IMG/VR virus record: IMGVR_UViG_3300028840_008185
Coordinates: 124,001-188,000 of that record
DNA: 64,000 nt
Strand: one strand, 5' to 3'
Shown: positions 61,760-64,000 of the stretch, piece after piece
Layout of the letters: each line of letters begins with the position of its first letter
Numbering within the stretch: position 1 is the first letter of the stretch
Notes under the pieces: generated by a model
Databases searched by the model: none
Seen by the model: the letters and a program-made list of their open reading frames with translations, nothing else
What the model was told of the DNA's origin: nothing
Made by a program: the position numbers and the translations under genes

Positions 61760-63389
61760 TCCACCAGCGACAGACCAAAGAACTCTATCGCCGCCTTGTG
61801 CTCGGGATGATCGACTTCCCACGGGAGAACATCCCAGCGGATCTCCCCAAGTCCATTGATGGAAATGAGATGCACGGGGCCATGCTCTGGGTGAGTGAAG
61901 ATTGCACGCGAGGGGTCACGGGGCTCCACAATCACGAAGCTATTACACTTCTCGCTCCAGAACACATCGCTCGGGTTGCTGTAGCTGATAAGCTCCACGT
62001 CCACGCCGTGGCCACCATACTTGTAAACGCCCATCTTTTCACCATCCTCTCTCGTGCAGTGCAGTCTCCAGCCGATTCCGCACGCCGTTCCAATAGTCCC
62101 AATCCTTCGCCCAGTCTCTGCTCAGTTCCTCGATTGTCGAGTCACCCAGAGGGCTATAGGGATGGTAATTCCAGCGGTTGTCCTCCTCGCCAAAGTCCAC
62201 GCCCATACCACCCTCGGTTAGGAGCTTCTGCGCCTCCTCTTTCGAGAGAACGTAGGGGGAGCAGCCGTTGAAGATCATCCAGTCCCAATGGTCAACGTCA
62301 ACAGCCCAGACACCACCCGGATGGTTATGGTCACCAGCGAGAAAGATTTTCTTGTCGGACATGCTTATACCTCCTCGACGAAGAACTCGTTGTATATCGC
62401 ATCATCATCCCAACGCCCTTGGGCATCAAGACAGGTTCGGCTGTAGAGCACAACCTCATGCTGGGGGAAGCGAGCCTTCCACTTGCGAGCCTGAGCCCTC
62501 ATCTCCTCCAACGTCCCCGCGCAAGGTTGGTGCATGTCGCAAGCCCAGTCGAAGTCCTCGTCATTATCGGTCAACGACGGCAGGTGGCAAGGGGAAATAC
62601 CATCAGCCTCAAAGGTGTAACGCTGACCGTAGAGCGCGTTATGAGCATGAGCCCACTTCGCCGTGCCCCAGGAATTCATGAGGTCTTCTTGTGTATACTT
62701 CATTGTCTCTCCTCCCAGAGCTTTACGTGAGCGTCGTAGTAGTCCTCGCGGCGGTGGTGAGAAGTGAATTCCTTCCAGCCGTCCTGGTAGTCACGAGTCA
62801 GAGCCTCTCGCCAGGTAATCTCTGGGGGCAGCACTGACCAGTCCACCTTGCCCATAGCGAAAGCACAGTCAGCAAGGCGCACAGCACCAAGTCCATGCCG
62901 CGAGTAGCAGATCCCTGCGTGCTTCCATCCCAGCTTGTAGAGGTCAGAACGCATCATTTCTCCTTGATGTCGAACTTGTCGAGAAGGTCGCTGATCAGAC
63001 CATTGCAACCGTGCTCGCCCAAGTCATAGTCCACGAGAATGTCGTAGAGCTTGTTCCGTACTTCGTTGTCCTTGTCACACAAGCAGGACGCTCGCTTGCA
63101 GTCGAGGCAGATGTGCTTCGCTCCACACCAGCACTGTAGACGGGGAGCACTGCAATAGAGGCAGTTTCCCTGCTCGTCGCAAGTCGGGAACCTCATCACT
63201 CATCCCCGTCCTTCGCGACCTTGTGGTGGTCGCAGATGCACTTGTCACCCACCTTCTTCACCTTCCCCTTGGGGATGGCCTTCCGGCAGATGTAGCAGTA
63301 GGAACCGGACAGCTTGATTCTCAGGCGCTGCTTGTAGGGAACCAGCGGCATATCTTTCCTCCGTTGTTTTGGGTTTTGTCCTTCAAACT

Positions 63390-63553
63390 TGGTAGTACGA
63401 GCTGGATTCGAACCTGCATCTCCTAGGATGACTGCCCTCGTCACCACCCCTACCTCCTCCATCAGCTCAGTCCGCAGAACCAATGGGGGTTTCAGAGTAA
63501 TGGCTCAAACAGCCAGCGGACACCTAGGCGTCTTACCATTAGACCATCGCACA
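63390..63553 (-). ncRNA. tRNA-like RNA A (164 nt) with 95-nt insert in the anticodon loop
   Basis: Acceptor TGTGCGA/TCGTACT+A+CCA, D-arm GTCT-AATGGTA-AGAC, stem CCTAGG/CCTAGG, AGAT, T-arm GCAGG-TTCGAAT-CCAGC. Confidence 0.85.
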
Positions 63554-63558
63554 TATCT

Positions 63559-63699
63559 TGGCTGCGTGTGTTGGACTCGAACCAACATCTCCCGGAACAG
63601 CCATGCCTACCTCCTCACCTATGCACCCACGACATAGGCAAGGGCTCAGCATGACTGGTGGGTTTCCTCCGGGCGTCTTGCCAATTAGACCACCACGCC
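63559..63699 (-). ncRNA. tRNA-like RNA B (141 nt) with 71-nt insert in the anticodon loop
   Basis: Acceptor GGCGTGG/ACACGCA+G+CCA, D-arm GTCT-AATTGGCA-AGAC, stem CCCGGA/TCCGGG, AGAT, T-arm GTTGG-TTCGAGT-CCAAC. Confidence 0.85.
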
Positions 63700-63839
63700 G
63701 TATGTTGCTATACCTCAAAACGAAAACCAAAACACTTCATCGGACTCTCCGTTTCGCTGCCCCCCGACAATGGGCAACGCAGAAAGAGGTTTGAGGTTTG
63801 GGCTCTCCGAGCCCTGAAGCCCGGAGAGCCACTGTTCCT

Positions 63840-64000
63840 TTACTCCTTGGCCTCCTTGCTCCCGATGACCGTCAGGTTCAGCCCGAGCTGGAGGGGAACC
63901 ACCACCCCGTCCACCACCACGCTCACCTTGCCGGTGGCGTAGTAGCCCACGGAACCGCTGCTGAACGAGCGGGGGCTGAGGTCGAAGGTCTGACCGGCGA
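63840..64000 (-). CDS. Partial paralog of 56133..56375 (start outside window)
   Basis: Manual translation: AGQTFDLSPRSFSSGSVGYYATGKVSVVVDGVVVPLQLGLNLTVIGSKEAKE*. Confidence 0.85.
   Translation of the reverse strand, partial: AGQTFDLSPRSFSSGSVGYYATGKVSVVVDGVVVPLQLGLNLTVIGSKEAKE

Noticed and set aside
63390-63699. Group I intron-containing tRNAs; ORFs 63196..63483 (long form) and 63539..63730
   Set aside because: The inserts are too short and lack a recognisable group I core. The ORFs overlap the RNA genes, and the real CDS likely starts at MPLVP (~63351).
1-64000. Plus-strand ORFs, including long ones (20776..21618, 36788..37672, 57590..58291)
   Set aside because: They are antisense shadows of minus-strand genes, with no recognisable motifs.
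1-64000. CRISPR array or IS element
   Set aside because: No regularly spaced repeats or transposase noticed. The only exact repeat found (32958-33009) has two copies inside a CDS.

Overview
64 kb from a large (jumbo-type) tailed-phage genome. Essentially every real gene is on the minus strand, tightly packed with AGGAG-type RBSs and overlapping start/stop codons. No capsid, tail or replication core genes are visible, so this is an accessory region. Recognisable products: EamA/DMT transporter (truncated), Dam methylase, matrixin-type and HExxH peptidases, three radical SAM enzymes, AAA_33-type kinase, SpoU methyltransferase, histidine phosphatase, PTP-like phosphatase, ParB-like protein, SAM methyltransferase, ankyrin protein, RadC/JAB, and five tRNAs that fit A-ending codons (the CAU tRNA only if it is Ile2). 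Lipoprotein and N-terminal motifs suggest a high-GC Myxococcota/deltaproteobacterial host. Two candidate new systems stand out. (1) About 50 hypervariable 46-90 aa aromatic micro-ORFs with an M-E/K/R-I-K/E/D start are densest around a DUF6745 + RQGD gene pair whose DUF6745 lacks its usual internal repeat tract. (2) Four tRNA-shaped RNAs have the anticodon arm deleted or replaced by large structured inserts, two of them sharing GAGGAGGUAGG, alongside several other intergenic structured RNAs. All calls come from manual reading; no database searches were run.
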